A DNA stretch of 41,650 nucleotides from a virus (lineage: Duplodnaviria > Heunggongvirae > Uroviricota > Caudoviricetes), in IMG/VR virus record IMGVR_UViG_2778261458_000005, positions 1 to 41,650 of that record. One strand, 5' to 3'. Positions 1 to 8,525 of this stretch are shown one piece after another. The translations under genes and the position numbers were made by a program. How positions within the stretch are numbered: position 1 is the first letter of the stretch; every line of letters starts with the position of its first letter. The notes beneath the pieces are model-generated. The model did not search any database and had not been told where the DNA came from. It worked only from the letters and a program-made list of their open reading frames with translations.

Positions 1-201
1 TTACCCATTGGCGCGGGTTAAGAGCTTATTTTTGAATTCACAATGGTCACGATATAACCATCTTGCTCGCCCGTGGATAACTTTGGCTTTTGGCAGGTCG
101 CCGGACTTAATCCGGTCATAGATGAAGGTTTTACCAAAGCCAGTATCAGCCATGATGAATTTCAAATCAACCAGTGAATCAGGCTGTAGTTCGTGTTGCA
201 T
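1..201 (-). CDS. torI: Recombination directionality factor (excisionase), AlpA/TorI family
   Basis: 66-aa ORF with AlpA-type HTH (LKFIMADTGFGKTFIYDRIKSGDLP); matches my recollection of E. coli KplE1 TorI; GGAG RBS 9 nt upstream; last gene of the leftward early operon. Confidence 0.75.
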   Translation of the reverse strand: MQHELQPDSLVDLKFIMADTGFGKTFIYDRIKSGDLPKAKVIHGRARWLYRDHCEFKNKLLTRANG

Positions 202-220
202 GAGTGCTATCTCCGAATAG

Positions 221-236
221 GGAATCGAACCTGCAA
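221..236. repeat. 16-bp exact copy (GGAATCGAACCTGCAA) of the tRNA-Arg T-arm segment found at 40582..40597
   Basis: Direct read: identical 16-mer at both prophage ends, same orientation; flanks differ on both sides. Confidence 0.6.
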
Positions 237-244
237 ATCAGGCA

Positions 245-266
245 ATAAAAAACCGCATTGATGCGG
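245..266 (-). terminator. Rho-independent terminator candidate (minus strand)
   Basis: Hairpin CCGCA-TTGA-TGCGG followed on the minus strand by a T-run; sits between the 114-aa ORF and torI. Confidence 0.45.
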
Positions 267-322
267 CGATGGTAGGTCTGGATATCATTGAGAAATGCAC
301 AGGCCTCATCGAGTGTGAGGCG

Positions 323-667
323 TTAGTCCTTGCGTAGCTCGCTGATTCTTCTGTAAGTCTCTGGCGCTTTGTTTCCGTGTATCTTCATTTCAGACTTCAA
401 CAGAGCAACGAGGGAATCCCATTCGTTGAGGATGCCTTTGAATGCCGGAACGCGCTTTGCAACCTTGTCGAATGAATCTCTGATTTCTGGAATCTGCTCA
501 ACAAGTGCAACGCATCGTCGGAAGTCGGCTGCGTCATGTGGAGCGCCGAAGTGATGACCATAGATATTCTTTTTCAGTCCACATGCGATTGAGGCAAGAG
601 TTGCGCTACTGATGCCAACATCGCCAGTCGATTGCCATTTCAAAACCTTCATAGCCAAATCTGACAT
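323..667 (-). CDS. Hypothetical early-left protein (114 aa)
   Basis: ATG with GGAGA RBS 6 nt upstream; no family recognised. Confidence 0.55.
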   Translation of the reverse strand: MSDLAMKVLKWQSTGDVGISSATLASIACGLKKNIYGHHFGAPHDAADFRRCVALVEQIPEIRDSFDKVAKRVPAFKGILNEWDSLVALLKSEMKIHGNKAPETYRRISELRKD

Positions 668-680
668 TTCTTGTCTCCAA

Positions 681-702
681 TAAAAAAACCGCCATCAGGC
701 GG
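681..702 (-). terminator. Rho-independent terminator candidate (minus strand)
   Basis: Hairpin CCGCC-ATCA-GGCGG followed by a T7 run on the minus strand, immediately after the stop of the upstream ORF. Confidence 0.5.
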
Positions 703-862
703 CTTGGTGTTCTTTCAGTTCTTCAATTCGAATATTGGTTACGTCTGCATGTGCTATCTGCGCCCACAGCATCCAGTGGTCATAGCAGTCGTTGATGTTC
801 TCTGCTTCGATAACTCTGTTGAATGGTTCTCCATTCCATTCACCTGTAACTCGGAAGTGCAT
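695..862 (-). CDS. Hypothetical small protein (about 55 aa from the first ATG)
   Basis: ORF-track frame 695..877 starts at TTG; first ATG at 862 has a GGAGA RBS. Confidence 0.4.
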   Translation of the reverse strand: MHFRVTGEWNGEPFNRVIEAENINDCYDHWMLWAQIAHADVTNIRIEELKEHQAA

Positions 863-897
863 TCGTGATTTCTCCAAAAGATGCTTGAGTGCGCTTC

Positions 898-1209
898 TTA
901 TTCGATTCGCACACCTGGTATTTCGCCTTTTGAAATGGCTAAGTCATAAATTTGCGCAGCACTATACCCATCTCGCATCCATGAATCTAAGGCGCGAACA
1001 GCCTCGCTACGCTTTTTATCTTCTCTCTCATTTTTGATATCAACGAGGACATCAACGCAATTAAGGCAAATGTGGATTTTGTCCTTACATTCGATCATGG
1101 CGGCTTTGCCATGATTTCCGCCACACAGTGAGCATAAATCTTCAGGGTCTGACTGGTATTTCTGTAACGTTAGAGGGTTGAATGTTGAACAGGCCATAAT
1201 CATCTCCAT
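898..1209 (-). CDS. Hypothetical Cys-rich (zinc-ribbon-like) protein
   Basis: CSLCGG...CLNC cysteine pairs suggest a small metal-binding fold; ATG start. Confidence 0.5.
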   Translation of the reverse strand: MEMIMACSTFNPLTLQKYQSDPEDLCSLCGGNHGKAAMIECKDKIHICLNCVDVLVDIKNEREDKKRSEAVRALDSWMRDGYSAAQIYDLAISKGEIPGVRIE

Positions 1210-1303
1210 AAAACAAAACTCGCCGTAGCGAGTTCAGATAAAAGAAATCCCCGCGAGTGCGAGGATTGTTATTCACCTTTGACGGCAAGTTGCAGGTTAG
1301 CCA

Positions 1304-1531
1304 TCACTCATCATCCTCATCCCAATCATCATCGTTATCGTCAACCGCCCATAACAGTGGGTTGGTACCTTTGCTTATCTGGCTTGCATATCCGCTACGT
1401 CCAAGGCTTCTCAACACGTTGTATATTTCAAACATCTCAGTGCGTTCATCGCCAATGTCTAGCTGGCAGGCCAGTGCGTGACACTCTGAAGCGAGCGAGG
1501 CTAACTTTTGGAGGAATTCTTGTTTACTCAC
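1304..1531 (-). CDS. Hypothetical small protein with acidic C-terminal tail
   Basis: GTG start with AGGAGG RBS; C-terminus DDNDDDWDEDDE; overlaps the upstream stop (GTGA). Confidence 0.5.
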   Translation of the reverse strand: MSKQEFLQKLASLASECHALACQLDIGDERTEMFEIYNVLRSLGRSGYASQISKGTNPLLWAVDDNDDDWDEDDE

Positions 1532-2436
1532 GGATTCACCTCCTGCGGTGGTTCTGGTAGCGGCATCCAGTGAGTTACGTCATCCAAGATATTTCCTGAT
1601 AAATACGTGAAAGCTCTATATTTTTTGTAATCAATTGGATTTACAACCCAGTTCCAATATGCGGCCACGATTTCACCTTGACTAAATGCCAGTAACATTT
1701 TGGTGTCTTCCGGCATTCGCTCACTACAGCTTATCCAACCATCCGGAGTTACCGGAACTTGCGGAATGGCTGTCTGCTCTCGAACGTCATTAGGCGCTAT
1801 AGGTTCTGCTGCCAACTGACTGGCATATTTGTTAATGGTAACGATAAGCTCTTGCTCAGCCTCATCCAGACAATCACCGATACCTCGCCTGTCACCGTCA
1901 AAATCATCGAAATCGGCACGAATCTTGGCAACCTTCTGGATTGCGGACAACACCTCACTAGGAATTACCGGATAGTTGGTTGACGTTTCCGCGATTTCCC
2001 GAAAATTACTGGTTGACGAATTCTTGTTTTCCCGAAAGTTTCCGGACTGAAGCATAGCGGCACGGCAGGAGTTCCAGCCAGCTGTTCGCCCAAGAGCGTA
2101 AACTTCAGATGGCTCAAGATAATCAATGTCATGCCCGTCCTCATCGTCGTTCTCAGGTAATGCAGCAGGTACTACCGGTACTGGCGGAGCGGCGTAGACT
2201 TCAATAATCCCATTATCAATAGGCCATTCTCCATCCTTGAGATAGTCACTTGTGCCGTCAACTTGCTGTTCAGCAATGTGGAATGCACCAACTGGCTCTG
2301 CCTCAAGCGAGGCCAGTGCAATTCGTGCCAGTTCCCTAAGATTTTCGCTATATGGTGAAGTATTATCACGATTGATTATGTGATTAGCTGTATCTATGAG
2401 AACTTGCTTTTGTTCTTCTCTGTTCATAGTGGTCAT
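1528..2436 (-). CDS. Hypothetical phage protein with C-terminal DUF551-like region
   Basis: Start taken at internal ATG 2436 (GAGAG RBS, adjacent to upstream stop); C-terminal W...WMPLP motif resembles DUF551. Confidence 0.55.
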   Translation of the reverse strand: MTTMNREEQKQVLIDTANHIINRDNTSPYSENLRELARIALASLEAEPVGAFHIAEQQVDGTSDYLKDGEWPIDNGIIEVYAAPPVPVVPAALPENDDEDGHDIDYLEPSEVYALGRTAGWNSCRAAMLQSGNFRENKNSSTSNFREIAETSTNYPVIPSEVLSAIQKVAKIRADFDDFDGDRRGIGDCLDEAEQELIVTINKYASQLAAEPIAPNDVREQTAIPQVPVTPDGWISCSERMPEDTKMLLAFSQGEIVAAYWNWVVNPIDYKKYRAFTYLSGNILDDVTHWMPLPEPPQEVNP

Positions 2437-2437
2437 A

Positions 2438-3070
2438 TCACTCTCCTTTGATGCGAATGCCAGCGGCGCGTGGCACATTAACTTCCACGATGCGCACAGT
2501 TGGTTTGTACATCTCAATCGCTGTCAGCCAGTCAGCGCCGGTCATATGCTTTTCTGCATCGCCATTAGTCCATTGAACCGGCACACCAATAGCTTTCATC
2601 GCAATTTCTATTTCCCCGGCAATGGCGCTTTTCCCGCAACCAGTAAAACCAGAGACAACGACAAGAACTTCGCCTTTGGCTGGTTTTATTTCCCGTGCTT
2701 CCAGTTCAGCAATACGCTTACTCCCATCCGAGATAACACCTTCGTAATATTCACGCTGCTCGTTGAGTTTTGATTTTGCTTCCTCAAGCTCAACACGCAG
2801 TTTCCCTACCGTTAGCGCAATATCCTCGTTATCCTGATCGCGGCGTTTTATGTATTGCTGGTTTCTTTCCCGTTCATCCAGCAGCGCCAGCACGGTTTCT
2901 GGTCCGGTCAGAAATTTGAAGGCGTTGAGCGCATCAATATCCACACCGTAATCCTTAAGTTCCTGTTCAGTTAACAAATCATCATCAACTGGCAACATTA
3001 ACAGGCGTTCCATTGCTGGAATTGCACGTTCCGCCGCCTCGCGCAGTTCTTGATAGTTAATTTCGCTCAC
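2438..3070 (-). CDS. Hypothetical coiled-coil protein with a Walker-A-like motif
   Basis: GFTGCGKS fits GxxxxGK[ST]; charged helical N-half; ATGA overlap with the next gene. Confidence 0.55.
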   Translation of the reverse strand: MSEINYQELREAAERAIPAMERLLMLPVDDDLLTEQELKDYGVDIDALNAFKFLTGPETVLALLDERERNQQYIKRRDQDNEDIALTVGKLRVELEEAKSKLNEQREYYEGVISDGSKRIAELEAREIKPAKGEVLVVVSGFTGCGKSAIAGEIEIAMKAIGVPVQWTNGDAEKHMTGADWLTAIEMYKPTVRIVEVNVPRAAGIRIKGE

Positions 3071-3624
3071 TGGATGACTCCTTTACGAAGCTGTTCAGCG
3101 ATATCTTCGAGAACGCCATCAGAGAATGAGCGGTCAAAATCTCCTTCCGGCGCATTAGCCATAAAATCAGTAGAGGTAAGAATCATCTGGGCAATATCCT
3201 CGGCGTTCTTCGCAGTATCATCAATAAAACCAACTTTCCAGGCAGCCAGCATTCTGTTCGCCACAAAGTAAGCGCCCTCCTTGCGTGCTTCAGTCTTCAC
3301 TTCAGCCAAGAAAGCGTCGGTGGCTGGGGTTTCAGTAACATCATCTTCCCATTCGCTAAACTCCTCACGACAAAGGTCATTAAATTCCTTCTCAGATTGC
3401 TTAAGCGAGGTATTTTCTGCAGCCATCTTCGCGCATTTAGCCTCAAGGTTATCAATCGTGATTCCAGCAGAACGACACTCCCGCAACGCCGTTTCTAGTT
3501 TTGATTCAAGTTCACCGAACTTACGCACCAGATATTCAGCGTTTGTTTCGTTAACCTTTAAATCTCGTGGGAAGCATTTACCTTTCAGAAAACCATCCAT
3601 CTCAATTAGTGACATTAGTTTCAT
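3067..3624 (-). CDS. Hypothetical early-left protein
   Basis: ORF-track start 3642 is GTG; preferred ATG at 3624 overlaps the stop of a small upstream ORF (ATGA). Confidence 0.5.
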   Translation of the reverse strand: MKLMSLIEMDGFLKGKCFPRDLKVNETNAEYLVRKFGELESKLETALRECRSAGITIDNLEAKCAKMAAENTSLKQSEKEFNDLCREEFSEWEDDVTETPATDAFLAEVKTEARKEGAYFVANRMLAAWKVGFIDDTAKNAEDIAQMILTSTDFMANAPEGDFDRSFSDGVLEDIAEQLRKGVIQ

Positions 3625-3785
3625 TTCTTCCCACTCCGCCACATAGCATTCAGATATTTGTTGTCATTAACAGAACCGAAACTATTTCTCTTAAGCAATT
3701 CCTCTCTCGATGGCATTGGCTTTACGCGTTGGCGAATAATCATTTCTGCCGGAAGAATGCCGGGATTGTATGCAAGTCCTCTCAT
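3621..3785 (-). CDS. Hypothetical small protein (54 aa), below the ORF-track cutoff
   Basis: ATG with AGAGGA RBS 7 nt upstream; stop overlaps the downstream start. Confidence 0.35.
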   Translation of the reverse strand: MRGLAYNPGILPAEMIIRQRVKPMPSREELLKRNSFGSVNDNKYLNAMWRSGKK

Positions 3786-3801
3786 GGTAAATTCCTCTTT
3801 G

Positions 3802-4116
3802 TTAATTTATTCGTATGCCTGTTCTCTCTTCATCGAGTTTTTTTAGCTTGTATCGCATAGCTCTTACTGAATAAATTGAGCGGCAGGTTGCAATTGCTAT
3901 TTCTTCTGCGGAGAAATTACCGAAAAGTGATACTTCGGCTCTTGTCCAGCGTCTTCCACGAAGTCGGCTAACAATGTCAGCGCCAATCCTTGTTGCTTTC
4001 GCCATTACTGCTTTTTCAGTCCTTTCCAGTTTTTCAGCGATAACTTCAACTGGCATTGTCGCCGCCACTTCGCGCAAGAAATCGACTTCCCATTTCTCCC
4101 ATGGAGTCTTTTTCAT
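3802..4116 (-). CDS. Hypothetical protein with possible C-terminal HTH
   Basis: 104-aa ORF filling the gap in the leftward operon; weak RBS. Confidence 0.45.
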   Translation of the reverse strand: MKKTPWEKWEVDFLREVAATMPVEVIAEKLERTEKAVMAKATRIGADIVSRLRGRRWTRAEVSLFGNFSAEEIAIATCRSIYSVRAMRYKLKKLDEERTGIRIN

Positions 4117-4127
4117 AGGCGATACCG

Positions 4128-4610
4128 TTATTTGATAAGAAGTGAAGGTTTCCCAACTTTGAGTTGAGCGCCGGGGATATTTATTCCTGCTTTTAGTTGG
4201 TGTTTGATTGCCAGTTTGTCGGCTTTAATTGTCGTTTCAAACTCAACGTATTCAGGAGGAAGGGCGCTTGAGTCGATTATTTCTACAATTTCTGACGGTT
4301 TGCGAATTGTTACCTGGTGAATACCTGCTCGAATCTTTTTCTTGCCAACCATTTCAAGCGATGACGCTATATATGCCATAATGCTGTCAATCTTATTTTG
4401 AATTACTGCGGCTCTCTCATTTAGTGACTTTGCCTCTTCCTTGAGGCGTTCAGCATAACCAGATTCATTTTTAATAATGGCGAGAAGTTGCTCTATTTTA
4501 TCGGTAAATTCTCCTTCCATGCCTTCTATTGTGTCAGCAATCATCTCTGGCTCTAAATCTGAATCCATCAATTTTGCGTATTCATTGGCAATTTCATACA
4601 GTTTGCTCAC
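4128..4610 (-). CDS. Recombination-associated coiled-coil protein (Sipho_Gp157-like, tentative)
   Basis: Start taken at GTG 4610 with GGAGG RBS; immediately downstream of RecT as is typical for this family; family assignment from memory only. Confidence 0.5.
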   Translation of the reverse strand: MSKLYEIANEYAKLMDSDLEPEMIADTIEGMEGEFTDKIEQLLAIIKNESGYAERLKEEAKSLNERAAVIQNKIDSIMAYIASSLEMVGKKKIRAGIHQVTIRKPSEIVEIIDSSALPPEYVEFETTIKADKLAIKHQLKAGINIPGAQLKVGKPSLLIK

Positions 4611-5505
4611 TGGCAACCTCCAGTTTCGCTTTGCATTCTATGTAAATGGCTTGTACTTTCTGCTGCAATTTCATTCCAGATGTCAGGCGATATGCTTCTG
4701 CAAAATTTCGCTTCAAATCATCCATGTTTTCAGCCTGAGCCATTTCATCACAAAGAAGTTGTGCTTTTTCCATAATTTCCTGCTGTCGTTTCCGTTCATC
4801 TTCGCGGATATCTTCCTCTGATTTGTGCGGCATAACTGGTTCAGTCCACACACCTTCTTCTTCGTTTAGTACGTGAATAGCACTATCAAGACGTGATGCC
4901 TTAGGCCAATACTTGCTTGCACGCTTTACGACCGTCTTTCGCGCCATCTCATTCCAGTGATTTACCCATGGTCCTTTATCGCTGAATGCTGCCTTGCTTG
5001 TTTTCCTTACAGCCTCAATTTCAGCCAGACTCATCTCTTCCGTTAGATAATCACCTGCTGGCGTCTTAACTGTGCAGTAAACGCCAACAATATCACCACG
5101 ATCACCGAAGGCGTTGTATTTATGGGTTGGTGCTTTATCAAGCCCGTTTGACTCATAGGTATCGTTAGCATGAACAAGTTTTGCCTGACCCCATGAGATA
5201 ACACCAGACTCCATTGCAATATGGAGCAATCCCATATAACTGATATCAAGGTACACCATGCCGTCGCGCGGAACCAGATAAGCCAGTTTGCTAGCCGGGT
5301 TTAAGGTGATACCGATCGCCGCAACATTGATGATGGCGTTCTGTGCGCTGGTTGGATTTGCCAGTGCTGTTTTAGCCAGGTAATCATTTTTCTGGAAATA
5401 CTGAATTGCAAACTGGCTTTCCTTAGCCCATGTCACCGTCTGTTCAGTCAATGCTCCGCAGAATAACTGCTCTTGCTGTTTAACGAATTCAACGATATTG
5501 CTCAT
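4594..5505 (-). CDS. recT: RecT-family single-strand annealing recombinase
   Basis: 303 aa; conserved RecT core (NPTSAQNAIINVAAIGITLNP...); GGAGAAG RBS. Confidence 0.85.
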   Translation of the reverse strand: MSNIVEFVKQQEQLFCGALTEQTVTWAKESQFAIQYFQKNDYLAKTALANPTSAQNAIINVAAIGITLNPASKLAYLVPRDGMVYLDISYMGLLHIAMESGVISWGQAKLVHANDTYESNGLDKAPTHKYNAFGDRGDIVGVYCTVKTPAGDYLTEEMSLAEIEAVRKTSKAAFSDKGPWVNHWNEMARKTVVKRASKYWPKASRLDSAIHVLNEEEGVWTEPVMPHKSEEDIREDERKRQQEIMEKAQLLCDEMAQAENMDDLKRNFAEAYRLTSGMKLQQKVQAIYIECKAKLEVASEQTV

Positions 5506-5813
5506 GCAGCTTCTCCATAAATATGTCTGCGTTTGAATATTGCGAAGGCATATTCAGCCTTAACTCTTTCGGTTATTGCATCCCAGAACCATTCAGCGGC
5601 TTTTTCCTGATAGTTACAGTCATCACCTTCCAGCCAGTCGATAGCGTCCTTAGTGTGTTCATCTGGTTTATATGAGCGAAGCATTTCGCTTATTGGGTCG
5701 CAACGTTTGCAGAGGCGATCAACTTCACTGTTGATTCGTTCGTAATCATCATCGGTAAAACTTGCGATTATTTGCGATATTTCACGCTTATCATTCAGAG
5801 TCAGAATCATCAT
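5502..5813 (-). CDS. Hypothetical protein upstream of RecT
   Basis: ATG with AGGAGA RBS; ATGA-type coupling to recT. Confidence 0.5.
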   Translation of the reverse strand: MMILTLNDKREISQIIASFTDDDYERINSEVDRLCKRCDPISEMLRSYKPDEHTKDAIDWLEGDDCNYQEKAAEWFWDAITERVKAEYAFAIFKRRHIYGEAA

Positions 5814-5894
5814 CTTTCTCCTGTTCTTTGTGCTGATTGAGCATTTTGTTCATCTGACGAATGAATTCTTCGTCTGACCAGTTGTCTGTAAAAC

Positions 5895-6047
5895 TCATTT
5901 CCTGCGATACCATGGAAGGTTGATAGCTGATTTCATCGCTTTATTTGCTTCAAGCCACATTTTTGAATCACCAATAAATCTGGCTATTACTGCTTTGTTC
6001 TGTGCTGCACGAAGCATCTGGTGATTGATGGCTATTTCATTGCGCAT
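5895..6047 (-). CDS. Hypothetical small protein (about 50 aa)
   Basis: ATG with GGAGG RBS; below ORF-track cutoff. Confidence 0.3.
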   Translation of the reverse strand: MRNEIAINHQMLRAAQNKAVIARFIGDSKMWLEANKAMKSAINLPWYRRK

Positions 6048-6232
6048 AACGCCTCCAGTTGTTTCTTTGCTGCTCTGATTAATTGTTTAACTCGGCGTGA
6101 TAATTCAGATTCGTGCGGGTAGAAAGCGGACATGACGCCGCTACCCGCGAGCTGAAAGTGCATCATGGGTAACTCCTTATATTTGATTGCATAACGAAAA
6201 ACGCCTCGAGTGAAGCGTTATTGGTATGCATA

Positions 6233-6257
6233 TAAAAAGGCCCTCACACTGGAGGGC
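6233..6257 (-). terminator. Rho-independent terminator candidate (minus strand)
   Basis: Hairpin GCCCTC-ACACTG-GAGGGC followed by a T5 run on the minus strand. Confidence 0.5.
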
Positions 6258-6319
6258 AAAGAAGATTTCCAATAATCAGAACAAGTCGGCTCCTGTTTAG
6301 TTACGAGCGACATTGCTCC

Positions 6320-6347
6320 GTGTATTCACTCGTTGGAATGAATACAC
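6320..6347. other. 9-bp perfect inverted repeat GTGTATTCA-N10-TGAATACAC
   Basis: Direct read; lies in a stretch bounded by two minus-strand terminators that has no convincing ORF. Confidence 0.5.
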
Positions 6348-6375
6348 AGTGCAGTGTTTATTCTGTTGTTAGTGC

Positions 6376-6402
6376 CAAAAATAAAGGCCGACTATGCGGC
6401 CT
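6376..6402 (-). terminator. Rho-independent terminator (minus strand)
   Basis: Hairpin AGGCCG-ACTATG-CGGCCT followed by TTTATTTTT on the minus strand, directly after the membrane-protein stop. Confidence 0.55.
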
Positions 6403-6406
6403 GAAA

Positions 6407-6856
6407 TTACTTAACCAATGATGCTGCATATTCGATAAGGTAAAGTTTTGGGGCCAGCCAAATTTTTAACCAAGTCATATTGGTTACTACACCAATAATA
6501 AAAACCCCCCACAGAGTCAAAACTCCAACCAATGGCATGATAAGAAGGTTAATATCTCCTTTGCTATCCCAAACCATTGTCGGCCTGTATTTGGGCTTTC
6601 CTTTCTCCCATGAGTATCCTTCATCACCGATTTTACCTGTCTCAACTCTTTGGCACTGCTTCTTCATAAACCAGAAAACCAGTGGGATTGTTAGAATGGC
6701 TATTAATGTTTTAATCAGACTGTCAACCATATTCCATAGCAGCAACTGATGAACAACATCAGGAATCTGCGCTTGGCTGAATGAAACAGCCGCGTCTATT
6801 CCATTGCTGGCTTTTTGCAGTAGTTCTACGAGAATCTTGTTTGCTTGTTCTTCCAT
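6407..6856 (-). CDS. Small integral membrane protein (SieB-like by position and topology; inference)
   Basis: 149 aa with 2-3 hydrophobic helices; sits where lambda/P22 carry sieB. Confidence 0.55.
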   Translation of the reverse strand: MEEQANKILVELLQKASNGIDAAVSFSQAQIPDVVHQLLLWNMVDSLIKTLIAILTIPLVFWFMKKQCQRVETGKIGDEGYSWEKGKPKYRPTMVWDSKGDINLLIMPLVGVLTLWGVFIIGVVTNMTWLKIWLAPKLYLIEYAASLVK

Positions 6857-6884
6857 ATCTCATCTCAAATAAGTGGTTTGCTTG

Positions 6885-6911
6885 CAATAAAAAACCCGTC
6901 TTGGACGGGTT
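6885..6911 (-). terminator. Rho-independent terminator (minus strand)
   Basis: Hairpin AACCCGTC-TTGG-ACGGGTT followed by a T-run on the minus strand. Confidence 0.55.
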
Positions 6912-6913
6912 GA

Positions 6914-7192
6914 TTACCATTTCTTTTTGGGGTTTCGTTGATGGGCGTGATTGACAACTTTAAACATTGCATCTCCACCAGAATTATTGTCAATCTCTGT
7001 CTTTTCGTGAGCTACTGCTAATTCAGCTGCTTTTTCACCCCTCACGGCAGCCAATCCTCCTTTTTCCAAAATCTCTGCCTTTCTCTCCTCCCGGCTCTTG
7101 TTTTCCTTCTCTGCTCTTTCTGCCTTCCTGGCCTCTCTGCGGCGGTTCCTGCTATTATCTCTCGCTGGCTTGATTGTTATGCTAGGCTTCAT
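6914..7192 (-). CDS. Hypothetical highly basic protein (92 aa)
   Basis: ATG with GAGG RBS; Arg/Lys/Glu-rich; immediately downstream of N. Confidence 0.5.
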   Translation of the reverse strand: MKPSITIKPARDNSRNRRREARKAERAEKENKSREERKAEILEKGGLAAVRGEKAAELAVAHEKTEIDNNSGGDAMFKVVNHAHQRNPKKKW

Positions 7193-7194
7193 TT

Positions 7195-7503
7195 TTACCT
7201 CGCTGTAATTAGTTTTTGCCTTCTGTAACCAGCAGCATACAGTGCAACTTCAGGCAAACAAACGCTTCCGCTATTCGCATCTGTATTTGATTTGCTAATG
7301 ATGCCGAGTGATATTGCTTTTTCAGAAATGCTTAAACGCTTTCTCGGGGCTTCCTGAACAGGTTCCTCACTGTCTGTGCCGAAGATCGAATCGATGATGT
7401 TGCATATAGCATCACGCTCGATAGCCAGCTTTCTGCGCCGCTCATGACGGCGAGTTTTGGCATTTCCTGCAAATGTTGATTTTCCGTACACGATTACCGT
7501 CAT
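7195..7503 (-). CDS. N: Antiterminator N (P22 gene 24 type)
   Basis: Arginine-rich motif GNAKTRRHERRRKLAIER matches the P22 N boxB-binding peptide; start at internal ATG 7503 with GAGGAAA RBS. Confidence 0.85.
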   Translation of the reverse strand: MTVIVYGKSTFAGNAKTRRHERRRKLAIERDAICNIIDSIFGTDSEEPVQEAPRKRLSISEKAISLGIISKSNTDANSGSVCLPEVALYAAGYRRQKLITAR

Positions 7504-7622
7504 GATATTTTCCTCATGTGAAATGGCTTTGGTGGTGATGCGCCAGGTGCTGATCTTCTGGTTGCTGTCGTTGCAGCTGCAATTCACATCACCGCCAAAC
7601 CCATCTCGTTTGGTATCTGTTT

Positions 7623-7657
7623 GCGCTTTGTCAGCGCCCCATCGAAGTTAAAGAGCC
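7623..7657 (-). promoter_or_regulatory. nutL (boxA GGCTCTTTAAC and boxB GCGCTGACAAAGCGC on the minus strand)
   Basis: boxB matches the P22 nutL hairpin as I recall it; lies between pL and N. Confidence 0.7.
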
Positions 7658-7702
7658 TGCCAATCTGTTCCGTTTGGCTTCCAGCTTCCTGCTGATGGCT
7701 AA

Positions 7703-7731
7703 ATAGTACGATGTGTACTTTATTGAGTCAA
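7703..7731 (-). promoter_or_regulatory. pL promoter with overlapping operator OL (AGTACGATGTGTACT)
   Basis: Minus strand -35 TTGACT, 17-bp spacer, -10 TACTAT; perfect 15-bp palindrome at 7705..7719 overlaps the -10. Confidence 0.6.
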
Positions 7732-7794
7732 TACAAAATGTTCTAAATGTGGTTGGTTTTTTATAACACTTTGTATTTTATTGATTTATATTTT

Positions 7795-7826
7795 GGAAAA
7801 AGAAAACCCGACGCTAAGGTCGGGTT
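7795..7826 (-). terminator. Terminator downstream of the repressor gene (minus strand)
   Basis: 8-bp stem AACCCGAC/GTCGGGTT followed by a T-rich run on the minus strand. Confidence 0.6.
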
Positions 7827-7856
7827 ATTGTTGTGTGTTTTAGAGTGGTGAGGCTG

Positions 7857-8516
7857 TTAACTAAATGTCTCTTCAGGCCACTGGCTGGCGATAACTTTCC
7901 CTACTACGGAACAGCTATCATTGCATGGGATCATTGGATATTGCGGGTTTAGTGGTTGTAGGAACACCTGACCGCTATCCCTGATCAGTTTCTTGAAGGT
8001 AAACTCGTCACCGCCAAGTCTGGCTATGCAGAAATCTCCTGGCTCAACAGCCTGCTCAGGGTCAACGAGAATTAACATTCCGTCAGGAAAGCTTGGCTTG
8101 GATCCTGTTGGTGCGGTCATGGAATTACCTTCAACTTCAAGCCAAAACGCACAATCACTGGCTTTTTTGGTTGTGCTGACCCATCTCTCCGCATCACCTT
8201 TGGTAAAGGTTCTAAGCTCAGGCGAGAACATCCCGGCCTGAACATGAGAAAAAACAGGGTACTCATATTGTTTTTTAACGGGGGCAGATGAGTATTCGCC
8301 AGCAGGTGAAAATGTACCGTCGTGGTTGAATGAGACGTTATCAATACCAAGGTATTTAAACACCACACCAATCTCGTCAAGAGATGGATGACGAGATCCG
8401 CGCAACCAGTGACCAATTCCACCCTGCGTCATACCAAGCTCTTCAGCTAACTTCTCTTGAGTTATGCCGAGCTCTTTCATTCTGGATCTAGCCAGTTCAT
8501 ACCATTTCATTTTCAT
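7857..8516 (-). CDS. Prophage repressor (cI/C2 analogue): N-terminal HTH plus C-terminal S24 LexA-like peptidase domain
   Basis: 219 aa; [18 protein letters not shown]; C-terminal S24 domain (GNSM...KKL with Ser/Lys dyad context); ATG with AAGGA RBS; divergent from cro. Confidence 0.9.
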   Translation of the reverse strand: MKMKWYELARSRMKELGITQEKLAEELGMTQGGIGHWLRGSRHPSLDEIGVVFKYLGIDNVSFNHDGTFSPAGEYSSAPVKKQYEYPVFSHVQAGMFSPELRTFTKGDAERWVSTTKKASDCAFWLEVEGNSMTAPTGSKPSFPDGMLILVDPEQAVEPGDFCIARLGGDEFTFKKLIRDSGQVFLQPLNPQYPMIPCNDSCSVVGKVIASQWPEETFS

Positions 8517-8525
8517 ATCCTTATT

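Noticed and set aside
221-236. The 16-bp tRNA T-arm copy as the actual left prophage junction
   Set aside because: The host-side flank lacks the tRNA 3' end that a true junction would carry, and the excisionase gene would be left behind on excision. Kept as a finding, but the boundary model is not adopted.
369-554. Plus-strand ORFs inside minus-strand early genes (also 1257..1560, 3281..3646, 4477..4821)
   Set aside because: They lie wholly within better-supported opposite-strand genes, lack RBSs and have low-complexity translations.
6032-6166. 44-aa minus-strand ORF with a GGAG RBS upstream of the 50-aa small ORF
   Set aside because: Overlaps the neighbouring small ORF and has no recognisable features; too short to call.
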